The notes: generated by a model from the sequence alone, not told the origin. Counted from the first letter of the stretch, positions 39,187 to 54,931 are shown. The stretch is 64,000 bases of DNA from Laetmonice hystrix (GCA_965235115.1 OZ249439.1:18228001-18292000), one strand, 5' to 3'. Program-made: numbers and translations.

Positions 39187-42100
39187 ATGTAACCACTATT
39201 TGTTACTGTTTGCCCGACTAGTACTAAGTGGTTTTAAACTCGTGTGGGTCCTCCTTTTAATCCGTGGACGATAATGATATTGCTTGATCTACATAAATAC
39301 CAATTATAATTCTAAAGAATTCTAAATTCTGGAATAATGCTACCTTTGTACAGTGTATCAATTCTAGAATCACTCGCAATGCCTCCCAGTTATATTAAAG
39401 ATAAAATTATTAAATTTTACATAATTTTGTTTAAAAGTTTAGCCAGGCAAGGGTGGTAAAGTGTAATGTTTGAATGTGTTTTGTTGCCTGGAGATTATCA
39501 TATTTGTGGTAGTAACCAGGGAAACATGACAGGCCTTTGTGGACATTTAGTTTTTTTACCTTGTAGATAACAACCTAACAGGTAAATTGCTATTCTCCTA
39601 AATGATTTATAAATGTGTCTATAATGGTCTGGCCCGGTTTACTACAGCCAATAACAGAGGTTAACTCAGATGGAAGTAATGGGTGTCACGACGTTAGTGC
39701 AGCAAAAAGTCACTCAGCCGTTAAATTATACCCCCGACTGAGGGTCACATTCTTATTTGAATAAATTAACCGTAAATAAATGAACTACATTCGAATAAAT
39801 ATTGTAATAAAGATACAAAATTGGTATAATGCTTGAAGACAGGTCTGTAGATATATTAGGGTAGAATTCCGGATATTATTTAACATGCGTAGTGCTAATT
39901 AATGGAGTTTCTTTAGACTGGTTATATGCTCAGTCTCGAGTTGGGACTGCTGTCCCTGTGCCTTGCCCAGTGTGCCTGTTTGAGTAGGATGAAGTTGTAA
40001 GCTGTCTGACATACGGCATTCTAACCTCACGTCAACGGTTCATTCAATCGTCACCCACCAGTTTACGGAGGAAACAACATATTGAGCAATGTGGGAATAA
40101 GATCCAGACAGCGGCTCTTGAAAATCTAGTGTTAGGTTCCCCATCGAGCAGACAGGTATGTAAAGCTATTCATACCCCACAACATCGACTGAATGATACA
40201 CAAATCCTACCGAGGTCTTCTGGGTCAAACTACAAAATAAGTCAGAAATCCAACACACTCTCTGTCTTTGTGAGGCTTAACGCCGCCGGAAAACGTTCAC
40301 TGCTTCAATTTCACACATGAAACAGGTCATGAATGGATCGAGTATTTCAAATATTTCTATTTTGAATCATGTTTCAAGTCTTTTGTGTCAGGTCATCCAG
40401 TACATTGCACCTAGAAGGTAACACGGGACTATAGGTTGTAACGTCTGCACGAGATGGCGCCCGTAATCCTGTTAAAGGAACGGAAGTAACCGCTTTCCAT
40501 GAAACCGTCACAAGACGGATGGCTGGTCCGGATTGACCTTTCTATGACCTTCTCAACCTTTAATTCTTCTCATTGAAAGATTAACTTAAAATGATGATCA
40601 TGATAATAGCACATCCTGTGTTGATGTGGCAATTTGCTGTTAGAACAACGTACGCTACTGTACTCTTAGCCAACAAAGCCATGGACTTTTCGGCGTTTGT
40701 CATTGGCCGCTTTAACAAAATACAGTGTCTGTAAAGTTTTTCACACAGATACTGTTAATGGTGTGTTCCGATACACCTCGGAGCTAAACAAGCAGGTTTT
40801 TATCAAGATTATAGAGGATTCACGCTGGTAGAACGTTTGAACTACTGACGGCATCACCTTGGGACCAGGAGGGCGGGACAATTTTCACAGGGTGATATGT
40901 TACAGAAGAAGAAACCGGCACAATGCCTGTAGGTAATCGTGAGAAAACAGACGCTGGAACCTGGGGTAGGTCTCAAAACCATCGTTGTGTATTATGTCTT
41001 CTATATGCAAGATTTCAATTATTGTGTAAAAGTACCCAATTTTATTTAAGTCTAACATTAGTACTAGTCCTTACCTGAATGATAAATCTCTTGTGATACA
41101 AGAAACAGATCATTACCAGGATATTAACGCAAAGCATAATCTTCTAATATAACCATTCAGGAAGAATATTTAATACCGGCACTTGGAAACAGGTACACGA
41201 ACATTATATTCATCCGTCAAATAGGTATTGCCAGACTTTACAAATGAGTCAAATCTGTACTGAATTTCTTGCTTACATCATTTTCTGTAAAAGCATTTCT
41301 ACAAAGCCATGTGGTATGTTGACTACAACCGAGATCAGTGCCTTCTAAAAAGCCCGGGGGGTCACAAGGTACAGAGTAACTGTTAACATCCTTGCTCTAA
41401 AAATCTATGGAGACTTATGAAAACACCTCAGACTGACCTGCGTAAACCCATCTCAGAGAAACCCTTAATGGCTTATCAACACTCTGCGTAGGAGTAACTT
41501 CATTCATGCTCCTTCTTATAATGGTTATGATGGCTGCTTAAAGTAAAAAAAAACATTTAGTGTACACGTATGACCTAATCCAGCCAGGTTTTAAACGACC
41601 ACTGCTTACATAACTTTCTAAGCTTCAGACCTTAAAATCCGTGTTTCTTTTCCTTATTAATGGGGGAACCCCCTGACCGGAACGAGCTCTGAAATCATCA
41701 TTGCACACCATACACGGTATCACATCCCAGCGTACTCTCCCTCGGTTGTAGATTTGTGTGGAGTTACCATGAAGCAGTCGGTTGATACCTGACACAAGTG
41801 AAGGTCTGTGGTACCTGGCCGATGGGATAACACACCTGGACAGGTGGGGACAATGGTTAGGTTAATACGAGGTTGAGAGTACCCCGCGGGTCAGGGAGGG
41901 GTAAGAATGATGGTGAGAGCCTCCTGCTCCACCCGTGATCGGGATCCTCAACATGGCAGTCACCCGAGGGCACATTCCTATGATCTCACCCTAGCCTGGA
42001 TCATTTACCCCAGGGGTAAGTTCCTGTGATCTCCTCTAACCCGGGTCACTGCCCCAGGGTCGAGTCGGACGATTTTACACTCGGACGGATCCCTGAACGA

Positions 42101-45100
42101 AAGTCTCTCAGGTCTAAGGAAACTGAACTTTTACAAGATAACCTCCTGGTACTCCTGGCAATATCATAGGTATGGGATCTATTTCGTTATCTATAGCGTC
42201 TTGGGTTTGCAGGATTCAGTGATTTCTGGTTTGAATTAAAATCAAGTGAACTGTTCAGTGGTATTCAGTAAGAAACAATAAGACTTCAGTTACAAATACT
42301 GCTAAGAGATTGATTTCTTATGAGAAGCGATTTTTTTAAGGAAGTTAATAGGAAAGCTAATCCATGGCATAGGTTTTAGCAGTACATGTCGTAGGGCTTA
42401 CCATACTGAAGGAAATTTTGTTTGTATGTTGAGTTATACTTTAAAACTGACATTTTACCTCAAGCATTACAAAAAAAATTACAAGGAAATTTATGTTTCC
42501 CTTTTTTTGTTTTTCCAACATTTTTCTTACCGCACTAACTTCATAAATACCTATAGAGTCGGGAACAAAAGACATTTGTGAATCTTGGTCCATAAAAGCC
42601 TACGTACCGCACAACGGAATACTTTTCTATACGACTGCTCCTCGACCTGCAGCTATCCTGGGCCTCGCTCTCGTTTGGGAAGCCCAACATAATGACTAAA
42701 AGAAACACCGCTATAACCAAACACTCTGTTGGAATAAAAAGGACTGTAAAATATAGTTTGTACTCTGGTCGTAGGAAATACGTACTGGTTCGGGAGTTAC
42801 ATATCAAAATGATGTTAATGTTTCATTTAAACACCAGGTGGCAGTAAAGTATGACAATAATTTCTGTAACGCTGCAGAAAACACGCCGAACCCCATGCCA
42901 TGGACATATTTCTATCTGTGCTGTTAAACTGGGCTCCACGTATTGAAATTTGAGAGTAACTTACCTGGTATGACAGATACTAACTTCCCCTAACCGATCC
43001 TCAGAATCTAAACTTACTCAATGCGTCAACAGACTCAACCAAGTATTTGTCATGCTATTCAACTGACAGCATAGCCTGCTTTCTGAAGGTCGTCAGAATG
43101 TACATGGCATACATTTAGCTTTCTGAAGTGTATTATCAAAACCAGGTAGAAGCAGTGTTTGTTTATAAACTATCTTCTTGAAACATAAAAGAAGCACAAG
43201 GATGTTGTGTGAAGAAAATATCTCCCGCGGAGGTCCTACTTCACTCCTGTATGATCTTCTGCGCCTAGTTCTCCATTGACATAAAGTGTTTTGAAATGAT
43301 TTATACTGCTGTAAGCGCTTTGATCCCACCAAGGAATGTACTGGCAGCCCATGGTGTGGGGTATCGTAGCTGGCGTCATCAGTAATCGATCCCTGATCCC
43401 ATTCAACACCATTCACTCAGATCTCCAGGTGTACACCGACATTTCTACACCAAATCTTTGTGTCGACCACCTATTAGATAAGAACCCTTTGTGTGCCTAA
43501 CCTGATCCGCGAACCTCAATACATGAGTAAAAGTTAGTTGTAGATTTATAGATCGTCTTTACTATGTTTCACCGACTATCTATGTGATAAAACAATCGGT
43601 AGACTAGTGCGGCAACCTAATGCTTTCCATCCCCGACCTTGGTTCTGTTTGATCTGGTATTCTCGGGTATGACGACGTTTCAGGCATGACCACCCCCCAG
43701 AGAGTGTTACCCAGAGACTAATATCGTACACAGTGCTCTGCCCTGGCTAACTGATAACCTTCTCACTCACAACATGGGCCCGGAAATATCCCAAAGACCT
43801 ACAACTATACCCCTGAACCATCGACCTTCATTGTCCTTTTCTTTCCCATCCCTAACACTTCACCACCAGGGACCTTGCTTTCTCAGCATACGAGACGTTG
43901 TTAAACGCCTCTCTACTATCGGGGCGAAAAGTCTCGACAAGTATAAGTGTGCATTTCATTTGAAGTCACTTTCTCATCACTTAAAGCCTAAGTTAGGTTA
44001 CACTAAAAGGTCAACACTCGGACAATATAAGAATGTCATTATCCACGTTTCTACGTTGATGGTTTATGTATGTATCTTAACCTTGGAACTCTAGGATTTC
44101 GCTGATAAACTTCAAACACCTGAAACAGAATAAAACGACATTATATAATTTTCCAAGAGATTAGAACATACCCGTTATACAACATTTCCGGTGACGTGGT
44201 ATCCATGGAAAATGTGATGAATATGTCGACCAACTGTCAGCAGGCAGCTCCTAATGTTTGTGAAGTCACTGAGGTTTCTCACAGCAGACTGGAGTAGTGA
44301 CCAGTGATTGAAATGTCCTCTACATCAGGTTGTCGTGTCACATAGCATCAGAAGTCTTGATATCAAGAAATGTCGCTTGTAATCAATGTATGAGTTGATT
44401 AATTAGTATTCTCAACGTTCAGTAGAGAAACAACGTCTTGTCGATGGGCGTCGCATAACTTAGATAAAGTGACATTGTGGGAGGTATTCCACTCGAGCAC
44501 CGATATCCTGACACGCGTATCTACGTAAGAAAACCATGCAGTTCATAGCCCTGACGTGTACGACTTGGTCCACTGCGCTGTGTACTATATGAAACGTCTT
44601 GTACCTGACTCCGCACTGTTACCTCACAGACGATTCTGGTAGTATACTTAATGATTCTTTCATTCAGTCTCTGAATCAAAGGACAATCTACATGATGTAA
44701 CGTGTACATAATATATATCCAACGTAACGACCATGGCCAGAGTCAGGTCGAGACAAAGACATCTCAGGTGAACAGGATGTTGTCCCACGATGGTATGTAC
44801 AAAGAACCCCGCCAGGGCCCAGAAGATGGGGTGGGCAGGTACCTAGACGTTTATCTTGATGTACTACCTAAACACCCTCCAGACGGCGTCACCACAAATA
44901 TCTGGCTCCCACATACCTGGCCATCAACAACAATCAGCTACCCCCTCCAACCAACCTCGTCTTTACCTGTGCTAGAATCACAACTTAGGGGCCCGGCTTG
45001 GATCATCAAGGTATGTCAGATCACAGAATCTCTTCCCCGAAATGTTCTCAGACTAACAACAAATAACGGTGTAAAGACTGATAAAAAAATGCAATCCTGT

Positions 45101-48100
45101 AGATCTAGTTAAATGGTGATTGATGTAAAGCTCAATTAACATACCCCCCCCCCCCCCATTAGTCGAGTCAATGTACATTAAATAACTAAAGGGATCGCCC
45201 AAACATCAACAATGAGGCGGCTTCCAACTTCTTGCATTTTTCCAGAGTCACAAGGTGTTTCTGTTGACCTAATCTTCATGACTTCTTGATCCTTGGTAGA
45301 CCGACACACTGGCGTACGAGAGGTATAACTGCAAACTTCATTCTGTCAAACCTGCGTTCACTCGACAACAAAGATCATGATCTGTGCACGACACCTGGTG
45401 GCAAGCCGGGGTACTAGTTCTCGCTGTTCGACTGTTTTTTTGGGGCGATCGTTGTTGAACTGACAGCTCACAGCCCGAGTAAGATCACTTCAAAACCGTA
45501 CAAGTTAGTCTTTCAGAAGAGGCAAAGACATCAAAATGTAAAGTAACAGTAACGTAGAAATCACCCAAAATATCCAAATTTACGGTCAACACCGTTGCCT
45601 TCAGACCACGTCCCACAATCCTACTTGGTAATCAACTCTAAACAAGACCTTATATAACAGACGCCGGACTATCCAAATGTTCAGTAAATTTAAACCAAAT
45701 ATAAACTGGCCCCATCACGGAGCTCTCTGTTGATACTTGAGGGGTTGTTGGCACTGACCAAGTTCTCAATCTGACAACATGCTCCCTTGTTGCTTTGCTT
45801 GGACTGCCCCCAACAAGAGCTCCACCTAGTGGCAACTTATCTCAGTCCCTTCAAGGCCACTCCGCTAACCATGTGATAAAATCTTACTGATGCCGCTAGG
45901 AAGTCTATTAGTCACTTACTGGAAATGTTGGTTCAAAGCCTCTAAACTTGTCACATAAATCACAATCTGTCATAATAAAAGAGCTTTCAGAAATTACAAA
46001 AGAAAAACACCACCAATTACCTAATTATACAGCAATCCCTTCCATAGTGCTGCCTTCTGAAAGAGATTGCCATATCTTATTTATTTGCCTGGACAGCTTT
46101 CTGATCAGTGATCTCCCTGTTTTAAGGCTGACAGTAGATGTGACTCATAGTGTCCATCTCACCATCTTTGAATAAAAATGGATTTTAAAAAACATTCTCC
46201 TGGCAAGAGAAAAAGTAGCTTTCAAACTGAATGTATGGAGGTCCTGACCTTGTCTATCAAACTTCTTATCCACTCAGTATTACGGTGGTCCCTTTCAACA
46301 CAGCCACTGGCTGTTTGTTATGAATGGTTAGATAACAGAAACACCTATGATACCCTGACAGACGCTGCGTCCAAGTAACTATACTGTGTATCAATGACAC
46401 CGTCTCACGTTCACTGGGACCCTAGCAGTATCTTTACATCGTACACGTACGGGTTCGTCAAGTGAAGGTAACCTTTAAATTGTTTGCCTTCGTTTAACCC
46501 CAGGGCCGTATGTGTCAACTGGGGAACGGCAGATACAATTTACGGAGATATACAATTTAGTATAACTATCGTTAACCTCAGTGACCATTCCTGACCTCAG
46601 GCTGTGTGTTTAAGACTGACGGCTGATGGACAAATCCTTTCTGTTCAACTACTTGGAGAGCACAGGAAAAACCCACAGACGTATAACTGGACAAATTTCT
46701 TTCCCTTCGTTCATGAAATCAGCGAAAAATGTCATTGTAAAACTATTAACTGTATGCAAACCGAAGACAGTAGTTTGGTTTTAAAACAATGTGATATTAG
46801 AGAGAGAATCAGTACTGTCGATAGATCACTCTCATCTTCTCCAAGTTGTTATCACTGCTCAGCCTCAATTACCGACCGTCATTCCATGTCCACATAGCTC
46901 CGGGCGAACAAATGAGTAGCAAACACAGGGGCACGAGACACTACTGATAGCTTTGAAGAAACAAACGTCCTAATTCTAAATATATTCAGCCCTCTATAGC
47001 TAGCGAAGTTGTTAAAAGGTTTATTCCCAAAAATGAATCCTGATTCAATTACTGATACATGTGCTAAGCTATCACCTGTGTTCAAACTACATCATTCAAT
47101 CTCCATCATAATATGATGTTATTCTCTTACGGTACACAAACTTGGGGTTTACGGTCATACCACCATATCAATGCGCCCTCTGTATGTTTCTGATGTCAGC
47201 TGAGGCAAGTTGGCTAAAAGCTGCCTCTTACTTCCACTTTCAGTTTTACTACCACTAATCTAAGATGACGTGAACGTTTCATGCCCAATATCTTAAGGTT
47301 TTACTAATCATAGGATTCAAGCCTTACCCCGGTAATTTACCCTTACCCCCAAACGGTATGCATCAAAGACGGGACACTATCAGCCCGCCCTGCTGACACC
47401 TGTCAATCAGGAGTCCGTGGGAAGCAGGATCCAGGCGTCAGCCACCTGAAAGCTATCCTCATTGTGTACATCTCCTTCTTCACATATGATGTATGGGCCC
47501 TTCTATATACAGCCATTACAGTCACCGGTCGTTCACAAATCACAATAGAACACTTTTACAGTCTTTCGAGCAATTTTTCCACTCACCAATATTCGCAGTC
47601 CTTCTGTTCCTCCCTTCTATGTAGTTTGACGGCAAAAATCTGGTTCATAACATCTGTGTCTGAGAGCTAATTATTCCGACTGTTACACGAGTACTTGTAA
47701 AAAAAAGTGTTACACCTAACATATAATTTGAGTGATATACACACGGACTGTAGGGGATTACAAGTGTAGAATATATTCAACTAATCTCATGCTTTACTCT
47801 GGAGATTTCTGCTTGAATGTTAAACAACATAAAATAATAGAATATATTTCCATCTCACTTTATATGGTAATTACTTCGCACTGAATATGGAATTCGACAT
47901 ATGGAATTCATAAACAATGTAATATAAAATAGCGGGAGAAAGTAATTAACCAAATTCTAAAGTTTTCCTTACATTAAAATTCGTCTTTTTTTCTTGTATA
48001 TCAATGCATAATAAGTACAAAACTAATTTACGACTGGGATATCTTTTCAAAACACGAATACATATGTACAGATGCTGCGTTGATTAACACTCACTTCTTA

Positions 48101-48334
48101 ACATAGCTGTTTATTAAATGTCGCGATTAGCCAGATATATTCTAGGTATATGGTCCCACAAATTAAGGGGCGGGAAGCATCCATTTAAGAAGCCTGTCCT
48201 CTCAGATTCATGGATAGTAACCACTTCTCCATCTCAAACGGAAAAAAATAATTATTGAATGAAACCCTCCTTACAAACGTACATTTTCATTTTGTTATGT
48301 CCATGCTACGCGTGACCTTTGAGACCCCTAGAAC

Positions 48335-48349
48335 CCGCCAGGTGGCGCC
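48335..48349 (+). promoter_or_regulatory. CTCF-like motif
   Basis: CCGCCAGGTGGCGCC. Motif match only. Confidence 0.45.
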
Positions 48350-51300
48350 TTGGCACCGAAAGCTCCGGGTGAGACCATGACTGACTTCCCCCAGGTCAGG
48401 CGGCCCTAAACTCCATCGTAGATCCGCGGCAGAGGCGGCTAACCAACGCCACACACAGCAGTTGAACCATTTGGCACAGACTCAGAGGTATTTCGTCCCA
48501 TGCTATGGAACGTATTAGAAAGGTGAAGAATGTGATGGCTATTAGCCAATGACAAGACCTGTTCAAACACACACCCAGCGACCTCAGACCCGCAGGTGTA
48601 ATAAGGATCAGCCTCAGCATTCTCAGCCTCAGCCTGCGATGCATTTTGACAAGGAGATGACAACTCGTCCACAATCGCCTACGATTTAAAATTTGTATTA
48701 CTTTAATCAAAGAATACAATTATCAGCCAAAATATCAAAGCTAATATAATTTTGAAAGTTAGATTATATCATAGTTTTAGCCTTAATCAGTATCTTCTGT
48801 ACCAGTATTTCAAAAACGTGAATACCACATTTAGAAAACTCGATCGATGACCCCCTTTATCCATTATCCGGCCGTTGTTTTTATGTGGGGTGGGATGTGA
48901 CGTGTGTGTGTACCGGTATTCACTGAATGTACGTCAGGGCGTCTTGGAATTATGAAACCACACACATAACCGGCAGGCCACAGTGTCAGAGTGCAGACCT
49001 TCCTCTGTCGGCTATCAATATAATATGACGTGTAAAACATTAGATCCTACATGTCAAGTCAGAACCGCCTGCCTTTGTACTTTTCCGACCCGACCAGACT
49101 GGAGTATAGGTATACCTACGTGAAAACCTGACTCGTTCTCGAACCTCAATCATTCTAATTCACCTAAAATAATCCTTGACATCCTTACAAAACAGCGGAC
49201 ATAATATGAACAGCCTTTCATAGGAACTGATCCACAATTTAAGTCATCAAACAATGTAACTCTATAGATCATTTTGAAACCTGAAACTATGTGACCTTGA
49301 TGCAAGGTCAATGTAGTTTCTCAAAAATAAGAATTATATGTCTGTACAGCACTATTCCATCGTACCGCTCCTTTCACGGTCCCCATATAAATGGATCTAG
49401 ACATCAGACCAAGCATTATTGGGACCATTCGCCCTTTTACACCAGGCTCTAGGGATGTAGCATTCTGACTTTGAATGACCCTCAGGTGACCTTAGGAGAT
49501 GCCAAGGTCACTTCAAGCTGACACCCTGGACGGATCTTGTGTTTCCTCTATGGCGAACATTTCCGATCGGCCACAAAGCACTGCATGGAGTCTGCCTTAT
49601 AAAGGCACCTAGCTGTGGACATACTGGTAATTATCCATCATGTAAGGGTGCTGGATACATTTGAATGACGTTTACTTTCATCTGAAGGAATTTCGAGATG
49701 CTCCCGATCTATGACAAAAAGGGCTTCCACTTTGACACTAGACAAGTGGTGAACTGTATTCCATGTGATAAATGGACCTCTTCATGGCTTACATAGGACA
49801 TTTCAAACTGTCAATTTTGGCATCTCAATAATGAGCTGTCAATCAGTGATGTATTACAATGTCTTGCCTATTAAATCTGCCATCATAACAATCCTAACAC
49901 CTGCTCTAACATTCTAACACTTTTTAACATTCTCTTAAAATGTGAAGGTGTCCATTTCAAAAATCATTGGATTAGTTTTTTATCGGATAAAAAGAGGCTT
50001 GCAACAATGATATGTAGGGGCTTCTTTCTGTATGACTCTTTGACTGATGTAGGAGCCCAGATTGATCACTACATACTCCATGAAACCAAACATTCCTTGC
50101 GCAGGTGGGTGGTCCTCAATGAAAGGTTCTGGCTTGGAAGACATTGCCAATGACAGACTCCTCATTCATTGCCAATAAGTGAAACTCCTTACATGCAAAC
50201 CTTAACCTCCACTGAACATCTAACCATTTGAAGGAACCTTTTAACAGACTGTCCTGACTTTGATTTATACATGTGTAGTCTACAACCATTCTCCCAATAA
50301 AAATATATCTAATTACAATCATTACAATCAAGAGTAAAACTGATGGATGTCTATAAGTAATACAATTTATATAATATTACTGATACTATTATTATTTTAA
50401 ACAATTTATTCATTAATTTTTTATGTTAGCGATAACATTTTCCGAAAACCTAGAATATTTTCACGTGTTGCCCCATCTATCTCTGCAGTCGAAGCTCTAT
50501 CCGACAGATTTACCCTAACTCGAACTCGCAGTGAATAATGACCTCTCCCTCTGACAGGTCATTATTATGGAAGGCCACCCGCCATTATCTACAACTTCAT
50601 TTTTTCTTCTTCTTTCTTTCTTTTCTCTTATTTTTTTTCTTAGTAAGTTATACCGAAAGACCAGGGAAGACGAGCATATAAATGTCAGTTACCAGACGGG
50701 TAGAAACGTCTCAATGATAGGCTGCGGCGAGTGCTACAGAGAACCAAACACTCTAATGGACTTCGTGCCTCGCAGAGTAAAGGTGCAATCTTTGTGACTG
50801 TCAACACATTAAACTACCTTCTAAGGTGATATGATAGCTTCACTGCTGCCCAAACGTCCCCAGTTTACAGCAACACGTATATCACTCCAGTATTCAGGAC
50901 CGAGTCAAAAAAACAATATACAAAGTTACACCGATTTATTTTCTGAGATAAGAGGCCATATTTGCAAGCATATAAAAGGAGAAGAGCGTTCTCTAACAGG
51001 TCCCTGTCAACGAAAAGGTGATGGACGAATTTGAGGAATGCTATGGTCGCCTATTCAAGTGTCAGGGGTTTTAACTTAGCAACATCTATGTAAATGTCAA
51101 GTGGTAGAGAGTCATGACAGTAACGTCGACCAATGCAAAGATCGTCAAGGGGAAGGCAGGCCGCTCCGCATACCAGTCTTTGACGCTAGGGCTTTCACTT
51201 CACTCGTGTTGTTCCAGAACAATACACTTGAAATGATCTTAGCGTAGCTTTGTTAAGCCTTTTACTTTCACACTTGTATGAATGTATTAGAATGCTCCCA

Positions 51301-51960
51301 GCCCTGACCTTCAAACAGAGGCAGGGACATGGCTCAACCAAACGACACGGGTGTCGCGGATTGCACATCAATACCAGGACATTTCTCTATTTATTTTCCC
51401 ACATTCTCGATTCGTTCAGTTTTTACAGTCTCACATACATACACACAGAAGTTTCCCTAAGATATGCCGCCTCCTTCAACAAACCATGACGAAAGGGAGA
51501 ATTATTATTAAGCACCTCTCCAATATTGGCAGTGAGGTCGTATGTCTACACCTAGATTTTCATACATAAAGAAAATAACTAGAGCATTACCCGCCCTTTT
51601 CAGGGCAGGTTTCATTGTCACGCGGCATATCCCACTGCTAATACACTTTAAATTCTGTTTCTATTTATACATTACTTCTTAAAAACAAATATAAATGCAT
51701 TTATGCAAGGAGTACAACGGTTGTTCATATGAAAGGATGTGCCATGAATATTCTCTTAGTATATCGATCATTATTCGATTAATTTAATATAAACTGATTT
51801 CACCGCTGTATGTCAACCTAATAACTCCGATAAGACGCTTGCTAACATTGCCGCAGTTCTGAGACTATCAATCAGAAGTTAATATCTTGAAAGTATCAAT
51901 CTTCAAAAGCGCGACTTAATGTGGTGACTTTATTCGGTTTTTATTGTGTTCAGTGAACTG

Positions 51961-52018
51961 TTGACAAATACTTGCACGCGGGGCTTGGACTTTTGACAAA
52001 CACTTGCACACGGGGCTT
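51961..52018. repeat. 26-bp imperfect duplication, period 32
   Basis: TTGACAAATACTTGCACGCGGGGCTT / TTGACAAACACTTGCACACGGGGCTT. Confidence 0.85.
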
Positions 52019-52572
52019 TCGGCTTGAGATTTTAAGGCATACCTACATTCTCAAACATATGCTAAACCTTGGGAACTACTATTTTGTAACTTAAAACCCA
52101 GGCACCATGCCATTAATCTTGTTTTCACCACCTAAAGGGACAGCGCCAGGCCTGACGTTCAAGGCCGTGACACCTGAGTGAGATATACCGGTATGTTGTC
52201 TGAGATCCGCATGAGATGAGCTAGGTTACAGCTGCAAGTACGCAGCCTAAATTGTTGCAACAGATTACCAACAAAAGTTTGGATAAATGCTAATACAACT
52301 AGGTCCCAAACAAGGGGGAGTACAAAACTCCTTCCAGATTTGTCAGGATAAAAGGTGTGATACTTTTCTAATGATTTTTCACTGGTCACTATATCTGATA
52401 AATGCATTAATGGTTGTAGCAATGTTTACTTTGGAAACCTGATTTTAAAAGGGTGACTCCAGCTTTGACCGAACTCTAGTTGAAATAGGGATGAGTTGTC
52501 CCATGATTCGGATGATAGCATGGGCTTGGACTGACCAGGAGGTGTTGTGTATATGAGACTTGGGTAACTCAC

Positions 52573-52657
52573 CTGTGGCCACCGGTCGGGTTCTGTCCTA
52601 GGGTGTGCCAGGGGTAGGTAATGGTGTTAGGTATGTTCCCGTACATCTTCTTGTACA
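52573..52657 (-). CDS. Candidate 85-nt exon (YKKMYGNIPNTITYPWHTLGQNPTGGH)
   Basis: Donor CAG|GTGAGT, acceptor GTTGACAG, open frame with protein-like composition. Confidence 0.35.
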
Positions 52658-52805
52658 CTGTCAACTCCAACAGGACCTCAACCCGTCACTGACTGTGACG
52701 TCTTGGACACTGTCAACTCCAACAGGACCTCAGCCCGTCACTGACTGTGACGTCTTGGACACTGTCAACTCCAACAGGACCTCAACCCGTCACTGACTGT
52801 GACGT
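52655..52805. repeat. 52-bp tandem repeat, about 2.9 copies
   Basis: ACACTGTCAACTCCAACAGG starts at 52655, 52707 and 52759. Confidence 0.96.
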
Positions 52806-53251
52806 TACACACATGTCCGTCCTGGTTTTACTATCGGTCACCTGTCCACGCCAAGTTAACGTTAACACCAAGAGGATGTTGCTGTGGAGGTTCTACCAGC
52901 CAGCCTTGGATGTGACGGCAAGGCTTGGATGTGGAAGACCATGGAGGTACAACTCTGCCAATCGTCTCACTCCTAGGTCTAATCGCCGTCTGTTGTGAGA
53001 TGTGACAATGACGTTTGTCACGGTTTGAAGTTTGAAGCGGGTCATACAATGTTAACCAGTCCCGGAACAAACGCTTGCTAACCTCTGTCGGCTGTGAACA
53101 CTCTCTGATGTAGTGTACTCTACCTGTTCATAGGGATCCAACGGTATACGTGGGCTGGGTGAGTGCCGGACTACTTCTGGAGCGTGCTGTGGTGGGCGAG
53201 GGGCAGTATCCGCTCACCCATGGCCCGTTACGTGTTGACTGGATCCTTACT

Positions 53252-53287
53252 AGGAGGAGGAGGAGGAGGAGGAGGAGGAGGAGGAGG
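53252..53287. repeat. (AGG)12 microsatellite
   Basis: Direct reading. Confidence 0.98.
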
Positions 53288-54931
53288 ATGGCAGGGGTAC
53301 AACCTGCACCTGAAGGCAAGGGTAATGGCGTCTGTCATCCTGGTACCTCAGACATAGCCACTGACATTGACAGGTGGTTAATAGAAAATTGATCACTCTG
53401 GATCATGCAATGATTGATGGCAGTGTGTGAAGGTCCACTCAGTCGTTCATAAACACCAAGGGTTGCCTTCTGTAGGTGAGGGAAGTACTCGTCCCTCGAT
53501 TCCGATGATCAGGGGGTCTCAAACTGATACCCCAAGGGTCCACACCAAACACTCCAGACGTACAACCTATGGCATTTCAACAGACCGTGGGTCATTCCCA
53601 CAGCCACATCTCCTGGTTTTTACATCCATAGATCCAGCATCACGTCATCAGTGACAAGAGTCTTGTCCACCTCGACCTGCTCCACCTACAAAGTCATCAC
53701 TGGACGAGGGACTGGGACACACACCCACACACACATCTATGTACAAAAATATTCTCTCATACCAGTGATCGGTCCAATGGTTGCAAGCCAATACTAATCT
53801 ACTTAAAGTCCCACTGAGCTGATATAATGTGCTCATATACATACACAGCCTTCTCTTGACCCGACTACAGGAACCCCACCTGTAACACATCACGATCGGG
53901 TGGCTCTACACCCTCGCCTAGAGACAGCGACCCTGAGGATTCCTATGGCATCTTTAACATCCAATACAGAATCCGACAAAATATTATTTTCATAACCGGT
54001 AGTTTTTACCATAGAACATATTTTGTAAGCACGTGTCTGCATTACTAAATAACTTGTCGAGGTGACACGGCCACTCACACGTTTTAATAACATTCGATGC
54101 ACGATTCCTAATCTTCTCCGACAAGCTTAACGTTAGGGGAAGGCACTTACCATCACAATGTAGTGAGGTTAAATTAATATCGTTACATCACTACTTGTTT
54201 CCTTAACATAATATCAAATCCATTTGCACTAAAAAAGAAGGCAAGAAGGGGTAATGGGTTGATGTGAGGTACTAGTCGGGCAGGCCAAAATGTGTGATCT
54301 ACATGGACATTGCAGCCAAGTGGTACAGTCTGGTCGGGTATAATAAGGCAAACAGATGGACGTTGAAATCGGCCGTCAAGTACCGGCTCAGACTGAAGGG
54401 CAGGAGTATCAACAATGGAATGTGCCCGTTGCGTTTTACCGGCTTACGGGTAACAATAACTTTCACTCGATTCTCGTCAGAAGATCTAATCAAATGTACT
54501 CCAAGCTTACGGTCAGCCAAATTGAACGTATTATTTGTCATGTCATACTGTAACGTATCAGGTTACATTATGTGATTCGTTTTCTTTCCCTATACAACGT
54601 ATTGCGTATATTTCCCATGAACTGAGGAATGCAATTTTCATAAAGGAATCTGAACTCCACGATGTGTGTCTGGAGAACGACTAGCACACCGGATTTATTA
54701 CATGGTTCAGGGGTCACTGTGGATGCTCTACACCACAACAGTATTCAAAGTAACAGCGTTTCAGAAAAAAATCTCGCTACACAGAAATCGAACGACAGTA
54801 AGATGAAGGCTACTGTCTAGTAAAACCATTTTTTTATTCCTGTCTATCTGAAGTATTTTACTAGAGATCTGAAGGAACATGTTGTGGCTCTGTATTGCCA
54901 TGCCGCTGCGCCTCCCTCCGATGTCCACCAC

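Noticed and set aside
38871-39221. ORFs within the 34-bp array
   Set aside because: Repeat artefacts that cycle through frames.
44702-45112. 136-aa plus-strand ORF
   Set aside because: No recognisable domain and splice sites only moderate; length is attainable by chance in 64 kb x 6 frames.
53150-53392. Poly-Arg, poly-Gly and poly-Leu ORFs
   Set aside because: Due to the (AGG)12 microsatellite.
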